Shown: positions 11,588 to 25,639, numbered from the stretch's first letter. The stretch: DNA of 64,000 bases from Chiloscyllium plagiosum (GCF_004010195.1 NC_057718.1:58901607-58965606); one strand, 5' to 3'. Made by a program: numbers and translations. Notes: a model not told the origin generated them from the letters alone.

Positions 11588-14500
11588 GACCATAAGACAC
11601 AGGAGTGGAAGTAAGGTCATTTAATCATGGCTGATGGGTATTTCAACTCCTTTACCTGCACTTTTCCTGTAGCCCTTAATTCCTTGCGAGGTCAAGAATT
11701 TATCAATCTCTGCCTTGAAGACATTTAACGTCCTGACCTCCACTGCACTCCATGGCAATGAATTTCACAGGCCTACCACTCTCTAGCTGAAGAAATGTCT
11801 CCACATTTCCATTCTAAATTGACACCCTCTAATTCTAAGTCTGTGCCCATGAGTCCTAGTCTCCTCAGCTAATGGAAACAACTTCTCAGCATCCACCCTT
11901 TCTAAGCCATTAATTATCTTGTAAGTTTCTATTAGTTCTAAACTCTGATGAATACAGTCCCAGGATCCTCAGCCATTCATCGTACTTTAGGCCTACCATT
12001 CCAGGGATCATTTGTGTGAATCTTCGCTGGACACGGTCTAGTGCCTGTATGTCCTTCCTGAGGTGTGGGGCCCAAAATTGGACACAGTACTCTAAATGGG
12101 ACCTAACTAGAGCTTTATAAAGTCTCAGAAGCACGTCACTGCTTTTATATTCCAATCCTCCTGAGATTAAATGACAACATTACAGTTGTTTTCTTAATCA
12201 TGGACTCAACCTGCAAGTCAACCTTTAGAGAATCCTGGACTAGCACTCCCAGATCCCTTTGTAGTTTAGCTTTATGAATTTTCTCACCGTTTAAAAAATA
12301 GTCTATGCCTGTATTCTTTTTTCCAAAGTGCAAGACCTCGCATTTGCTCACGTTGAATTTGATCAGCCGTTTCCTGGACCACTCTCTTAAACTGTCTGTA
12401 GCCTCCCCATCTCCTCAGAACTACCTGCCTGTCCACCTAACTTTGTATCATTGGCAAACTTCACCAGAATGCCCCCAGTCCCTTCATCCAGATCATTAAT
12501 ATATAAAGCGAACAGTTGCGGCCCCAACACTGAACCCTGCAGACAGCACTTGTCACCAGCTGCAATTCCAAAAAAGAGCCTTTCAACCCAACTCTCTGCC
12601 TTCTGTCAGACAGCCAATCCTCAATCCATGCCAGTAACTCACCTTGAACCCCATGGGCCCTCACCTTACTCAGCACCTTACTCAGGCACCTTATCAAAGG
12701 TCTGTTGGAAGTCTAGCCAGTCTAACTGGGTTTCCCTAGTCTAACCTAATTGTTACTTCTTCAAAGAATTCTAACAGGTTTGTCATGCACAACCTCCCCT
12801 TACTAAATCCATGCTGACTTGATCTAATCTGATCCTGCACTTTCAAGAATTTAGAAATCTCATTAGAAATCTTAATGATGGATTCTAGAATTTTACTTAC
12901 AACCGAGTTAGGCGAATCGGCCTATAATTTTCCAACTTTTGTCTTGATCCTTTCTTGAACAAGGGGATGACAACAGTGATTTTCCAACCATCTGGGACTT
13001 TCCCTGACTCCAGTAACTTTTGAAAGATCACAGCCAACACCTCCGCTATTTCCTCAGCCGTCTCCCTCAGAATTCTTGGATGTAGCCCACTGGGGCTAGG
13101 ACATTTATCAATTTTTAAACCCTTTAGCTTTTCTAGCACTTTCTTTTTTATAATGGCTACCATACTCAACTCTGCCCCTGACTCTCGTTAATCGTTGGGA
13201 TATTACTCATGTCTTCCACTGTGAAGAGTGACACAAAGTACTTATTAAGTTCTTCGGCTATTTCCTTATCTCCCAGACTAGTCTTCCTGCATCAATTTGG
13301 AGCGGCCCAATATCTACTTTTATCTCTCGTTTGTTTCTTATGTATTGAAAGAAACTTTTACTATCATTTCTAATATTACTGGCTTGCCTACCTTCATGTT
13401 TGATCCTCTCCTTCCTTATTTCTCCCTTTGCTATCTTCTGTTTGTTTTTGTAGCCTTCCCAATCTTCTGATTTCCCAGTGCTCTTGGCCAGTTTATAGGC
13501 TGTCACTTTTTCTATGATACATTTCCTGACTTCCTTTGTCAGCCATAGCTGTCTAATTCCACCACCCTCCCCCGGATAATCTTTCTTTTCTTTGGTTGAA
13601 CTTCTGTACTGTGTGCTCAATTACACCCAGAAACTCCTGCCATTGTTGCTCTACTGCCTTCCCCATTAGGTTCTGCTTCCAGTCAATTTTTGTCAGTTCC
13701 TCTCTCATGCCCTTGTAATTACTTTTATTTAACTGTAACACCATTACATCCGATTTTGCCTTCTTTCTTTCAAACTGCAGACTGAACTCTACCATATTAT
13801 GATCACTGCCTCCTAAGTGTTCCCTTACTTTAATATCTTTTGTAAAGTCTGACTCATTACAAAGCACTAAGCCCAGAATAACCTGCTCCCTTCTGGGCTC
13901 CATCACAAGCTGTTCCAAAAAGCCATCCTGTAAGCATTTCATGAATTCCCTTTCTTTAGATCCACAGGCAATATTATTCACCCAGTCCATTTGCATATTG
14001 AAGACCCCATGATCACCGTGACCTTGCCTTTCTGACATGCCCTATCTATTTCCTGGTACATCGTGCACCTCTGGTCCCGACCGCTGTTAGGAGGTCTGTA
14101 CATAACTCTCGTTATGGTTTTTTTGCCTTTGTGGTTCTTCAACTCCACTCACACAGACTCCATATCATCTGACCCTATGTCATTCAGTGCCATAGATTTA
14201 ATTTCATTCTTAACTAACAAGGCAACCATCCCCCCCCACCCCGCCCCCCACCACCGCCCACCTCCCTATCTTTTCGATAAGTTGTACATCTTTGCATTCT
14301 TAATTGCCAGTCCTGAACCCCCTCTAACCATGTTTCTGCGATGCCTACCACATCATAATAATTCACGATAAGATGTATCGTTAATTCATCTACTTTGTTA
14401 TGAATACTATGAGCATTCATGTAAAGTGCCTTAATGCTAATTTTCTTATCCTCATGTTTTCCATCATCTCTAGAAATATGTCCTAAGTTATCCTTCCTTT

Positions 14501-14862
14501 TTGTTTCACCCCTAGTCTGCCTTGAACTTAAAATCTGCACACATGCTAACCTGCTGCTTATCTTTCTACCTGACTCCAGTCCTCCTTCCTAGCCTTGTCT
14601 ATGTTGTTAGTGCCAACGTGGACCACAACAACTAGATCTTCTCCCTCCCGCTCCATATATCCTTTCAAGCTGGTCGGAGCTGTCCTGCGCTCAGCACTGG
14701 GTAAGCAACACACCATGCTGCTCAAATATATACCCGGCAGCCCTCTGCTCCTCACTGTGGCCTCTCCCTCTGCTGCTCCTTTAAAACTCATTCTCATGCT
14801 CTCCCTTCCCGGCAGCCTTTGCTTCTCTCTGCCCTCTCTCCTCACCACTCTGTAAAAATGGC
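11588..14862 (-). mobile_element. CR1 LINE with 5' end, ORF1 esterase remnant, ORF2 and tail
   Basis: VVVVHVGTNNI (SGNH ORF1), ALYMNAHSIHNK, GIAETWL, LGGSDHN, NYRPIRLT, LYKALVRSHLEYC and a CTTATG tail. GTTAA is duplicated at both ends. Confidence 0.93.
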
Positions 14863-15133
14863 GGTTAACTAACAGGAAGCAAAGAGAGGGGATAAATGAG
14901 TGCTTTTCTGATTGGTGATCAGTGACTAGTGGTCTGCCTCAGGGATCAGTAATTATTCACAATTTACAAAGATGATTGAGAGTTGGAGACCAAGTGTAGT
15001 GTGTTAAATTTTGCAGATGACACTAAGATGAGTGGCAGAGGAAAGTGTGCAGAAGACTGCAAGTTTGCAGAGGAACATAGGTACATTGAGTGAGTGGGCA
15101 ATGTTCTGGCAGATGGAGTACAATGTTAATAAA

Positions 15134-15422
15134 GTATGGGGACTGCAAACACGAGGGGACACAACTTTAAAGTGAGGGGAGATATGTATAAGACAGATGT
15201 CAGAGGTAGTTTCTTTACTCAGAGAGTAGTAAGAGTCTGGAATGCTTTGCCTGCAATGGTAGTAGATTTGCCAAGTTTAAGTGCATTTAAGTCGTCATTG
15301 GATAGGCATATGGGCGTACATGGAATAGTGTAGGTGGGATGGGCTTCAGATTAGTATGACAGGGCAGTGCAACATCGAGGGCCAAAGGGCCTGTACTGCG
15401 CTGTAATGTTCTATGTTCTATG
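15134..15422 (+). mobile_element. Short 5'-truncated CR1 insertion
   Basis: TRGHNFKVRG...FFTQRVVRVWNALP, a (CTATGTT)n tail, and TAAA duplicated at both flanks. Confidence 0.88.
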
Positions 15423-17114
15423 TAAATGTGAAGTCATCCATTTCGGTGGAATAACAGCAATGATAAAACATTGCAGCATGCTATTGTGCAGAGGGGTCTT
15501 GGGGGTCCTTGTGCATGAATCATAGAAGGTTTGTCTGCAGATACATCAGATAATTAAGAAGGCAAATGGAATTTTGTCCTCCATTGTTAAAGGGATTGAG
15601 TTTAAAAGCAGGGAGATTATGTTGCAGCTATATAGGGTGTTGGTGAGGTCACACCTGGAATACTGTGTGCAGTTTTGGTCTCCTTACTTGAGAATGGATG
15701 TACTGACACTGGAGGGTTTAGTCCAGAGGTGAAGGGGTTGGCTTATGAAGAGAGACTGAGTAGACTGGGATTATGTTCATTGGAATTTAGAAGAATGAGG
15801 GGGATTCTTACAGAAACATAGAAAATTATGAAGGGAATAGATAGGATAGAAGTAGAGAAGATGTTCCCACTGACAGGTGAAGCTGGAACAAGACAGCATA
15901 GCCTCAATATTAGGGGAAACAGATTTAAGGCTGAATTGAAAAGGAACTTCTATACCCAGAGGATTGTGAATCTGTAGAATTCCCTGCCCAGGGACATAGT
16001 TGGGCTTCCTCATTGAATGTTTTTAAAGCTAAGAAAGATAATGTTTTGAACAGTAAAGGAATTAAGCGATACGGTGAGTGTGGGTAAGTGGAGCTGAGTC
16101 CACGCAATAATCAGCCATGATCTTATTGAATGGTGGAGCAGGCTCGAAGGGCCAGATGGCCTACAAGTTGTTATGTTTTTATGTTCTTATTCTATTTGTG
16201 ATTCCTTTCACGTTGTTCAAACCTGAACATGGATGCAAAGGGGTCAAGAAAGTCAGAAACAATAAATTTTGTTCATACCTTGTTCATGCTTACTGGGAAT
16301 TCACAAATGCATTTTGAGAAACAAGTCAAGGAGAACACAGCATGAAGAAAAGAAAATGCCGCTAGCCCCCATTCAGAATTACAATGCAAACTCTGACAAC
16401 ATATTAACTGTATGTCACGGTTTAAGGATTGAGAGTAGGGATCTCACCTTCTATGTGAGTCATTGTAGCTCATTCAGGAGCGGTGCACTTACCTGCTGTT
16501 GGGCAAATTCATATGTCTACTTCCATCTGTTTCTCTACAATTTGATAACACACAAATGATACAACACCTGCTTCTTGCAGCTAACAGGCTCCAACTGTGA
16601 AAATGACAGTCTACAGCATATTTTCCACCTATTAATGCAAGTGTGACTAGAGGGAAGTAACCACCATTTCAAATATATTTGTCACTGCTCAAAACTGCAT
16701 GTTTATCTTTTTCTATTTAACATAAATAGTCATTAACAAGGCATTATTGTCATCCCTAGTTTTGCTATTTGTATTTCAACATTTTGTCCCTAGGGAGAAT
16801 TCTAGTTGGATAAAAATAATCATGTCGGAATTAAATTTTTGAAAATGAGCAGCAATTCTTTTCAGGTCACTGCTTTGCTGGTTTCTTTGCATGAGAGTCT
16901 ACACGGTGAATGCATCCATTGCAAACTCAAAGTCTTTTTTCTTGTCACAGAATATTTTATGAAGTTCTTACAAAGCCGCCCTTGTATTAGAGCTGGATGT
17001 CACCAGTTCAGTGAACTGCTTCTATGTTTGATGTCTCTGTTGCTTTTATGGCAATACTCCGTGACTGTGAAAAATAATTCTGGAAAAATCATAAACAGAT
17101 TTAACAGTTCAGAT

Positions 17115-17365
17115 GACTTGTGTCTTCAAATGGACAGCATTTGGAAAGTTAGGAGGCAAGTTACTTATTGCTGAATTTCTAGCCATTGACCTACTCTTCC
17201 AGCCACAATATTGAAATGCTTAGTCCAGTTCAGTTTCTAGTCAATGACAACTGTGCTCTCTCCATCTCTGGAACATTGTTGACTGGGGAGTCAACAATGG
17301 TAATACCACTGAGTACAAACAGAAGATGGTTAGATTCTCTACTGTAGAAGACAGTGATGGCTTTG
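17115..17365 (-). mobile_element. Decayed L2/Crack-group LINE fragment
   Basis: Similar to 52850-53040 (CCAGTTCAGTTTCTAGTCAATG). Confidence 0.6.
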
Positions 17366-17999
17366 TACAATCCTTCTTGAACGTAGGGATTGGCATTTCT
17401 GGTTTTCACTTTCACTTTTATCTAAGGATCCATTCCATTTTCCTCCATCTCTTGATGTCCTTACCATGTTTATAACGTCTATTTGACCTACTGTGATCCA
17501 GAGGACTGTGAATTAATTCATAATCCTTGGCCTTCATGAAACCTGCCCTTGCTAAACCTATTATTCCTCAAGTTGCATTTTAATATTGCATAAGGAGACA
17601 ATTTTTGAACTTCCTAACTGCACCAATTCTCTTATCCCTTCATAAATCCACTCTGCTTTTGCAGATTGTGTTCACTGGTCAAACGTCCACGGAAATTGTG
17701 AAGTTTCAAATTGCTAATAGTAGGTTTCTGGCACTAAAGATAACACCCTTGGTCTGTTTGTAATCAACAATAACTTCGGGGATGGGAGAGGGCGCAACGG
17801 ATTTTAAGGGCTTTTTTTGTTTATTGATCATCAGTGCTCCAGCGTGTGAGGTAAGTGCAGCTAATCTGCTATGTCTCTAAAAACAGTGAAGAATTTGAAA
17901 AAAGAAATTGAAGAGTTTTCAGGCTTCGAGGCCTAGTTAAGGGTTGTGGGGGTTTGGGCTGTTATTCAGCTTGGTGAGATGTTCCATGAGCAGCCTTAA

Positions 18000-18560
18000 G
18001 CTATGTTTGAATTCTATCTCTTTGTGCTTGCAGTTCCTCTTCCAACTTCTATATCTGGAAATACCGTTGTTTTTCTTTATCCCGTAATTCCTCCAAAACT
18101 CTAACTTCCTTCTTTAACCCGTGTGGGTTTGCTTTCTTCTCTTCCTCTTTGACCCTTGAACTCCAGCTCAAATTCCACTTTCTCGGCTCCATGTGGGCTT
18201 AAGTAACCTAGTCTAGCTCCAATTCAGCTTCTGTTAACTGTTCTGGATCCAAATCACAATGCTCAGCTGGCATTTCCAAGAATTCCTGTCTCTTATTCTT
18301 AATGGGGAAAGACCTTATATCTGCTGTATATGGGTGAAAGGATCTGGAAGGGTTATGCTGAAACATAACTTAAGCAGCACTCACTATGATAATGACATGT
18401 GGTCTTTGGGTCTAGGATTTCACAGAGATAAGGCCAAGTGGTTTTCTTTACAGTTTCTGTTACACTGTTTAACATAGTAATAGGTTTTCAACCTAGTTGC
18501 TACCATGCAATAAGCCATGTTTTAAGACAAGAGCCCCCACGTATTGTTAGATTAATGGTT
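18000..18560 (-). mobile_element. Decayed Gypsy-like LTR element 5' internal region (PBS plus gag start)
   Basis: Minus strand CTAACA-ATAC-GTGGGGGCTCTTGTC resembles an LTR end followed by a tRNA-Pro PBS. Downstream KNKRQEFLEMPAEH and EFELEFKGQRGREE are gag-like coiled-coil remnants. Confidence 0.45.
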
Positions 18561-20011
18561 TTCCTGTATCATATTGAATAACACAATCCTTTTTTATCCT
18601 TACCTCTACATCAATAACATTTAAATGTTGGTTATCAAAGGATGCTAATTTTTTGCCAATTTAAATCCTCTAGATCCAGAGTCTCTTCTGCATCAAACTT
18701 CACCAGGTTAAGATTTTGATAAGAGTTTTACACAAACCTTCTGCTGCAACTTCTGGCTTGGTTTCAAATAATTTGAACTGCTATTTCCTTTCAATTTCCA
18801 TTTTCTTTTCAGTTCAAAAGTTTGCTTTCACATAACAGGCTTATTCCTCACGAGGAATGGAAATGACCCTGCAAATTGCATTTAATTCCAGATTCATTTC
18901 ATAATTGGATTTAAATTACAGCAGCTGTCATGGCAAGATGTGAACTTGTGCTCCCCAAGCATTAGTCTGGGTCACTGGATTACTCGCTCAGTTCCGTTAT
19001 CACTTATGCAATATTTAAAATTTCACAGATTAATCAGGCTCAAATGATAAAGCAAGCAGTTATTTTAAATTAGGATATGTATCAGGGACTACTCCCTAAT
19101 GAATTTGTGCTCTGCTCTTGAAGTTGAATTCCTCCATCCCACCCACATTGACCCTATCCTGAGTTTTGTGCTATGCAAAGGCACTATAAACATAGCAACC
19201 ACACTTGTAACAGAACTTACATCTCTATGTGTACATTGTTGCAGAGACTGCTCCATAAAGCCACCCACCTCAGGTAAACCTTATAGACAAGATAGAGAGA
19301 AGATCAGCAAATGCTGAGTGTTTGAAATGCTAGAACAAGATGGTACATATACAAAGCAAAATTGTTTGACACAGACTTATGTGACTGAAATGCATTATCC
19401 TTATTCAGCAGTTTCTGATTCTAAATAAATGAGTTCAATTCAAATGGATTTGCAAGTCAGCGAGAGAGGAAATGTTGAGAAATTGTTTACACTATTCTTA
19501 ACATTTTTATTTACAAATTGAGCAAATATATTTGCATAATACTTCATTTATAAGAATATGTTTACCACATTTAAAATGTTTTGCATACAAAACAGTGATC
19601 ATTATGAGAAAATACAAGTTTAACAGACTTTTTTTTAGAAAACTTAAGAATTCACTGACTACAAAAGAAATCTGACTTTTTATAGATGGAGTGCAAGGCC
19701 AGTTCACTGAAATGAGTCATGGAGTTGCAATGTTTGCGTCGATTAGGATTCATTCATCCTTCCAGTCTTCTGAGGGAATAAAATGAGCATCATCTATTAG
19801 GATGCAGGGAGAAAACAATTGATTTTGTGTACTGGTTGAAAACTTCCTTGAGTTACCTTATGTGACTCTTGCAGATTTAAAAAAAAAGAATTATGTCTCT
19901 AATAATGACCTTGAGATGGAGCTATACAGTATCCTTCAGCTATTTGCACTTTTCAGCTGAGCCTAAGGACAGCAGGTAATAGATAAATATTGTCTGACTA
20001 CTTCAATCACT

Positions 20012-20146
20012 AAGGTAAAAACAATGATTGCAGATGCTGGAAACTAGATTCTGGATTAGAGTGGTGCTAAAAAAGCACAGAAGTTCAGGCTGCATCTGAG
20101 GAGCAGGAAAGTCGATGTTTCGGGCAAAAGCCCTTCATCAGGAATA
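20012..20146 (-). mobile_element. Penelope-terminal short unit with hammerhead-like core
   Basis: Minus strand CTGATGA-A-GGGC-TTTT-GCCC-GAAAC-ATC, followed by the ...TTTCCAGCATCTGCA end. Confidence 0.75.
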
Positions 20147-20473
20147 GAGCTCGCAGGTCATGGCAATATTTATTATACTTACCTTGAATTGTAACTGTCT
20201 GGACTCACAGCAGATCAAGGCATCAAGATGGTGAATCTCCTCAAGGAAGTTTAAAGCAGATAACACAAACTCCAAGCGATCTAGAATATAAGTCTTGTTG
20301 CTTAGGGGAAGTGGCATTGGCATTAAGAGTTAACACACCCACTGTAAGAATTTATAGAACAGCACCTTAAAATATGTTAACAAGCTCACCAAAGCTGGTA
20401 ACATAGTGATCACTCATTTGTTTCCTTTCCCATCCTGGGCACTAGGACATTCTTCATCCTTCTAAATGATTAC

Positions 20474-20805
20474 AAGATGATTAGGGGTTTAGATAAGGTT
20501 GACCATGAGAACCTTTTTCCACGTATGGAGTCAGCTATTACGAGGGGGCTTAGCTTTAAATTAAGGGGTGGTAGGTATAGGACAGATGTTAGGGGTAGGT
20601 TCTTTACTCAGCGAGTCGTGAGTTCATGGAATGCCCTGCCAGTAGCAGTGGTGGACTCTCCCTCTTTATGGGCATTTAAGCGGGCATTGGATAGGCATAT
20701 GGAGGATAGTGGGCTAGTGTAGGTTAGGTGGGCTTGGATCGGTGCAACATCGAGGGCCAAAGGGCCTGTACTGCGCTGTATTCTTCTATGTTCTATGTTC
20801 TATGT
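20474..20805 (+). mobile_element. Well-preserved 5'-truncated CR1
   Basis: ORF 20477..20722 is an intact CR1 C-terminus with a (TTCTATG)3 tail. Confidence 0.92.
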
Positions 20806-21206
20806 TAAATCACAATGAGCCTAACACCCTGTACTCTTGGGACCATAGCTCGTATCTCCTATTCAGCAATGTTCTTACAAACACCATACATCTAAAAGCT
20901 AAAAACATGTTCCTCCATTTTAACAGCTTCACATCCACACGTTTTATCATTCAATTTCCCTCTTGTCACAAACTCCTCATCTCTTCGACTTACCCTCATT
21001 CACTGGATCTTGTTGCCGAACAAATGATCCCATAATACCTGCCAAAGATGGACCTCCAGAGGGGCATCCCTACCAGCTGACCCTAGGATAGTAACTGAGC
21101 ATGTACACGGGTTCCCTGTCAACTTAGTGAACCCAGTGAAGCTCCATAGATTCATGACCTTACACAGCTTCTAATTTCTTAATCCTTAAGCAGTAATGTT
21201 GAAATG

Positions 21207-24200
21207 CAGTCATAGAGCCATATAGCATGGAAATAGACCTTTCAGTCCAACAACCATGTTCCCAAACTATACTAGTCCCACCTGTTCTGCGCTTGGCCCA
21301 TATCCCTCCAAACCTTTCCTATTCATGAACTTATTGTTATGAAGGTGTAAGAGTACTGTAGCTTTAAGAGAGTTAAAAGCTACCAGAACAACCTGATACA
21401 GCACCAAGTGTTCTGAACAAGGGAACAATGTAACATTTGGTCGAACAGCTAGAATAGCTGGGTTGTTTGGAGACAAAAACAAATTCAAATTAGTCCAAAC
21501 CGTTTAAATTATGCCCCAAAATACCAAACTCCATTCAACTTTGAATTTGGTATTTTGACAATACTAACACCAATGAAAAGATCCAATGCCTTGGGGTATA
21601 AAACCGGAAAGAAATTGAACAGTTGGGAGAGGATTGCCAAAAGACTAACAGATGTAGGCTGCTAGTCAGAGCTCTCTGAGAGGTTCCTGTCTAGGGAAGG
21701 AGTTTGCACACAGGAAAAAAACATCAACACTGACCTGAAGAGAAAATCTACAGAGGAAGATACAAAGAGAAGATTCAATAGCTGGCTGGTTTTGAAATTT
21801 GAATTTTTCTGTAAATCTTAATCGGGGGGTTTAATGGACCAGTATTGTAGAGGGGGAGGTAAACGATAGGTTAGAGAAAGGGGTTGTAAATAGTTGTTAG
21901 TTAATTATTCTCTGTTAGACTTTAAAAAATAAAGTTGTTAATTTTTACTTTAAATAGTGACCTTTTGGGATAGTTCTTGAACTCTTGAATTTTCACAGAT
22001 TACCACATGAGATAAATCTTTTCTGTGTTATTGGTTTAAATTAACATGGGGTATTTACCCACTGTTGTATATTATCTAAATGTCTTTTAAATGTTGTAGC
22101 TGTAACTGCATCCACCATTTTCTCTGGCAGTTCAATCCACACACAAACCACTGTCTGTGTGAAAAAGTTGCCCCTCGGGTCCTTTTTAAATCTTTCTCCT
22201 CTCAGCTGAAAAATATGCCCTCTAGCTTTGAACTCCCATACTCCAAGGAAAATACCCTTGCTATTCATCTTATCTATGCCCCTCATGATTTTTGTAAACC
22301 TCAATAAGGTCACTCTCTCAATTTCCTACCTCCTAGTGAAAAATGCCTTTCCAGTCTAATTTTATATCACAAACCCTTCATTCCTGGCAACATCCTGGTA
22401 AATCTTCTCTGAACCCTCTCCAGTTTAATATCCTTTCTACAACAGGGTGACCAGAACTGCACACAGTACTCCAGAAGAGGCCTCACCAGTGTCCTGTACA
22501 ATCTCAACATGACATCCCAACTCCGAATGCGCAGTGGGCTGAGCAATGAAGGCAAGCGTACAAAATGCCTGCTGAACCACCCTGTCTACCTGTGATACAA
22601 ATTTCAAAGAATTATATACCGGAACCTCCAGGGTCTCTCTGTTCTACAACTCTACCCAGGGCCCTACATTAACTGTGTAAATCCTGCCCTGGTTTGTTTT
22701 ATCAAAATGCAAAACCGCACATTTATCCAAATTAAACTCCATTTGTCACTCCTCAGTCCATTGACCCATTTGATCAAGATCTCTCTGTAATGTTAGATAA
22801 CCTCCTTCACTGTTCACTATATCACCAATTTTGGTGTCATCTGTAAACTTACTAAACATTCCTACTATATTCTCAACCAAATCATATATACTAATCATTA
22901 ACAAAAGTGAACCCAGACCCTGTGGAACACTATTGGTCACAGGCCTCCAGTCTGAAAAACAACTGTCCACCACTATCATTTGTCTCCTGACATAAAGTCA
23001 TTTTGTATCTAATTCGCAAGCTCATCCTGAATTCCATATGAACTAACTTTACTAATAAATCTACCATGCAGAACCTTGTCAGAGGCTTCACTAAAATCCA
23101 AGTAAACAACATCTACCACTTGTCCACATCAATCTTTTTGGATACTTCCTCAAATAACTCAATAAAGTTTGTGAGACATGATTTTCCTCTCACAAAGCCA
23201 TGTTGACTTTCTCTAATCAGCCCTTGCCTCTCCAAATGCATGAATCACCTCCAACAACTCACCCACCATCAATATCAGACTCATAAGTCTATAGTCACCA
23301 GGCATCTCCTTACACCTTTTCTTAAATAATGGTGCATTATTAGCCACCCTCTAGCCCTCTGGTACTTAACCCACTTTTATAGATTATACAAATATGTTTG
23401 CTAGGGGCCTTGTAATTTTCTGCTTAACTTATCACAATGTCTTGGTCCCATTTGATCAGGTCCCAGATATTTATCCACCTTTGCGTTTTCTAAGACCTCC
23501 AGCACTTCCTCTTCAGTAACGTGAATTGTTTTCAAAACATCTATATTTATTTCCTTGAGTTCTCTAGCTTCCATTTCTTTTTCAACAGTAAAAAACGATG
23601 TGAAATATTAGTTTACATCTCTCCCATGTTCTGAGGCTCAACAGAGAGATGACCCCATTGATCTTTAAGGTGTCTTACTCTCTCTCGTTGCTCTCTTGCT
23701 CTTAGAGTATTTATAGAATCTGTTGGATTATCTTTAACCTTAACTGTCAAGAACTATCTCATATTCCCTCTTTGCCTTGCTGATTTCCCTCTTAAGAATG
23801 TTCCTACGCCCTTTATATTCTTCAAGAGATTCATTTGATTCCAACTGTCTGTGTGTAATATATGTTTGTTTATTGCTGACTAGAACATCCATCTCTTTAT
23901 TTATCCATGGTTCTCTAATCTTACCAGCCTTGCCTTTCACTCTAATAGAAACATAATGCCTCTGAACTCTTGTTACCAAACTTTTGAAGGACTCCCACTT
24001 GCCTTTACTTGCAAACAGTCTATTCCAATCAACTTTTGAAGGTTCCTGTTGCATACCTTAAAATTTGCCTTACTCCAATGAAGAACTTTAATATTTATGG
24101 GATACTTTTCTTTTCTATAATTATTTTAAAACTAATGTATAATCATTAGTCCCAAAATGTTCCCCTACTAGCACTTCAGTCACTTGCCCTGCCTTTTTAA

Positions 24201-24620
24201 CGATGAAAAGGTCAAATTTTACTCCTTCTCTAGAAGGAACGTTAATATATTGATAAATAAATTCTCTTCACACACTTAACAAATTCTTCACCATCCAAAT
24301 CTTTAACACTCAGTCTCAGTCAATGTTTGGAAAATTAATATCCCCTACTATTACAATCTTATTATTGTAACAGAAAATTAAGATCTCTCTACAGATTTGC
24401 TTCTCAATTTCCCTCTGACTCCTTGGGGGTGCGGGGCATGGAGGGGGGCTCTATCCCCCTCCATCAAGGTGATCACTGCTTTCTCATTTCTAAATTCAAC
24501 CTTTATATTTTCACAAAATGATCCCACAGAAACATCTACTCTAATTGCATTAGTAATATTTTCCTTAATCAAAAATGACACTCCCTCTCCTCTCTTGCCG
24601 CTCTTTCTATTCTTTCAAAT
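21207..24620 (-). mobile_element. CR1 LINE ORF2 (APE to tail), decayed and interrupted by a solo LTR
   Basis: ORFs 22041..22313, 22367..22555, 22746..22979, 23740..24054 and 24378..24581 are collinear CR1 ORF2 pieces. Confidence 0.92.
21335..22071 (+). mobile_element. Solo LTR (Gypsy-like), 737 bp, 4-bp TSD TTAT
   Basis: Starts TGTTATG and ends TTGTATA. TTAT at 21331-21334 and 22072-22075. Contains CCAAT, GTATAAAA (~21596) and AATAAA (~21928). The host CR1 rejoins seamlessly across it. Confidence 0.8.
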
Positions 24621-25639
24621 ATTCTTGTAGTTTTCCTTCAGGTCCTGCAGAAATAGAGAATTACAGACCAGAAGTGTTCTTGTGATAGATAAGATTTGTG
24701 TAAATAATGATGATATAACTGGTCAGATGGCTCTGACATCAGTTAGATATAAGACATTAGTTTCGAATGAGCATGTGAACAGAGAGGTCTTCCACAACAT
24801 ATTAGAGAGCTAGAGTACTAGAGAGCTGGGTGGTGTACTAAACACAGGCATGAATGAAGCAGTGTTAAAGTTTCTTTGAGCCCAACAGTTGTTATTCCAG
24901 TATGCATGGTAATTACACATGGGAACAATGTACATCATAGCAGATTCCGAAGGAATCACCTAGGAAATTGAAGATTCTGCTGGGAAATTTTCCTAAACCT
25001 CAAACCTGAAAAGAATCCATCTCTGAAAATATCCATTCCTGTCAGTGACTTCAGAGTGTCCCAATGACATTAAGTAAATAGTTACTCAACAGGTTAGATT
25101 ATTCAGAACATTGTCCAACTCCTGCGTAATTATTAAACTGATCCCATACTTACATTAGGCATCCATAAATATAACTCACCCAGATCATTTTCAGCCCCAA
25201 ACCATGGGCTGACAAGCAACAGGACCTGACAACTCCTTCCCCGTTCCAGACCTCACAGCCCCCTTTCTCTGAAATGGACCACAGCACCCTCCACCCCTGG
25301 GACCCAAACCCACTTTCACCACCAGGGATTGGACCCCCACAGCCCCAAGGAGCCGACCCACTTTCATCTGCCCATTACCCCTCCCCCAATCCCCCCTTTC
25401 TTTACTCTCAGTTGGTCATAGTTAGGAGGTGTTGCCGGGCATTATGTAGCTATGCTACCTGAAGATATGCTGAATCAGTGATGAAGGCAGTGAATGCTTA
25501 AGCTACCCAGATCACCTTGTTCTGAATGGTGATTAACCTCTGGAATAGTGTCGGAGTTTTATTCATTCATGTGGATGGAGAAAACTGGAGATATGGAGCA
25601 ACTAGAGAAGGTCCAAAATAATTTTAAATGAATTTTAAT

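Larger units (their letters stand above)
10530..16190 (+). mobile_element. CR1 LINE ORF2 host copy split by three nested insertions
   Basis: Collinear pieces at 10530-10625, 10997-11587 (KPTGPDRVNPR, GNYRPASLTS, YLDFQKAFDKV), 14863-15133 (KFADDTK) and 15423-16190 ([13 protein letters not shown], tail). Confidence 0.9.

Noticed and set aside
17665..17856. Plus-strand exon with a GAG|GTAAGT donor
   Set aside because: All three frames contain stops, and such donors occur by chance at this frequency.
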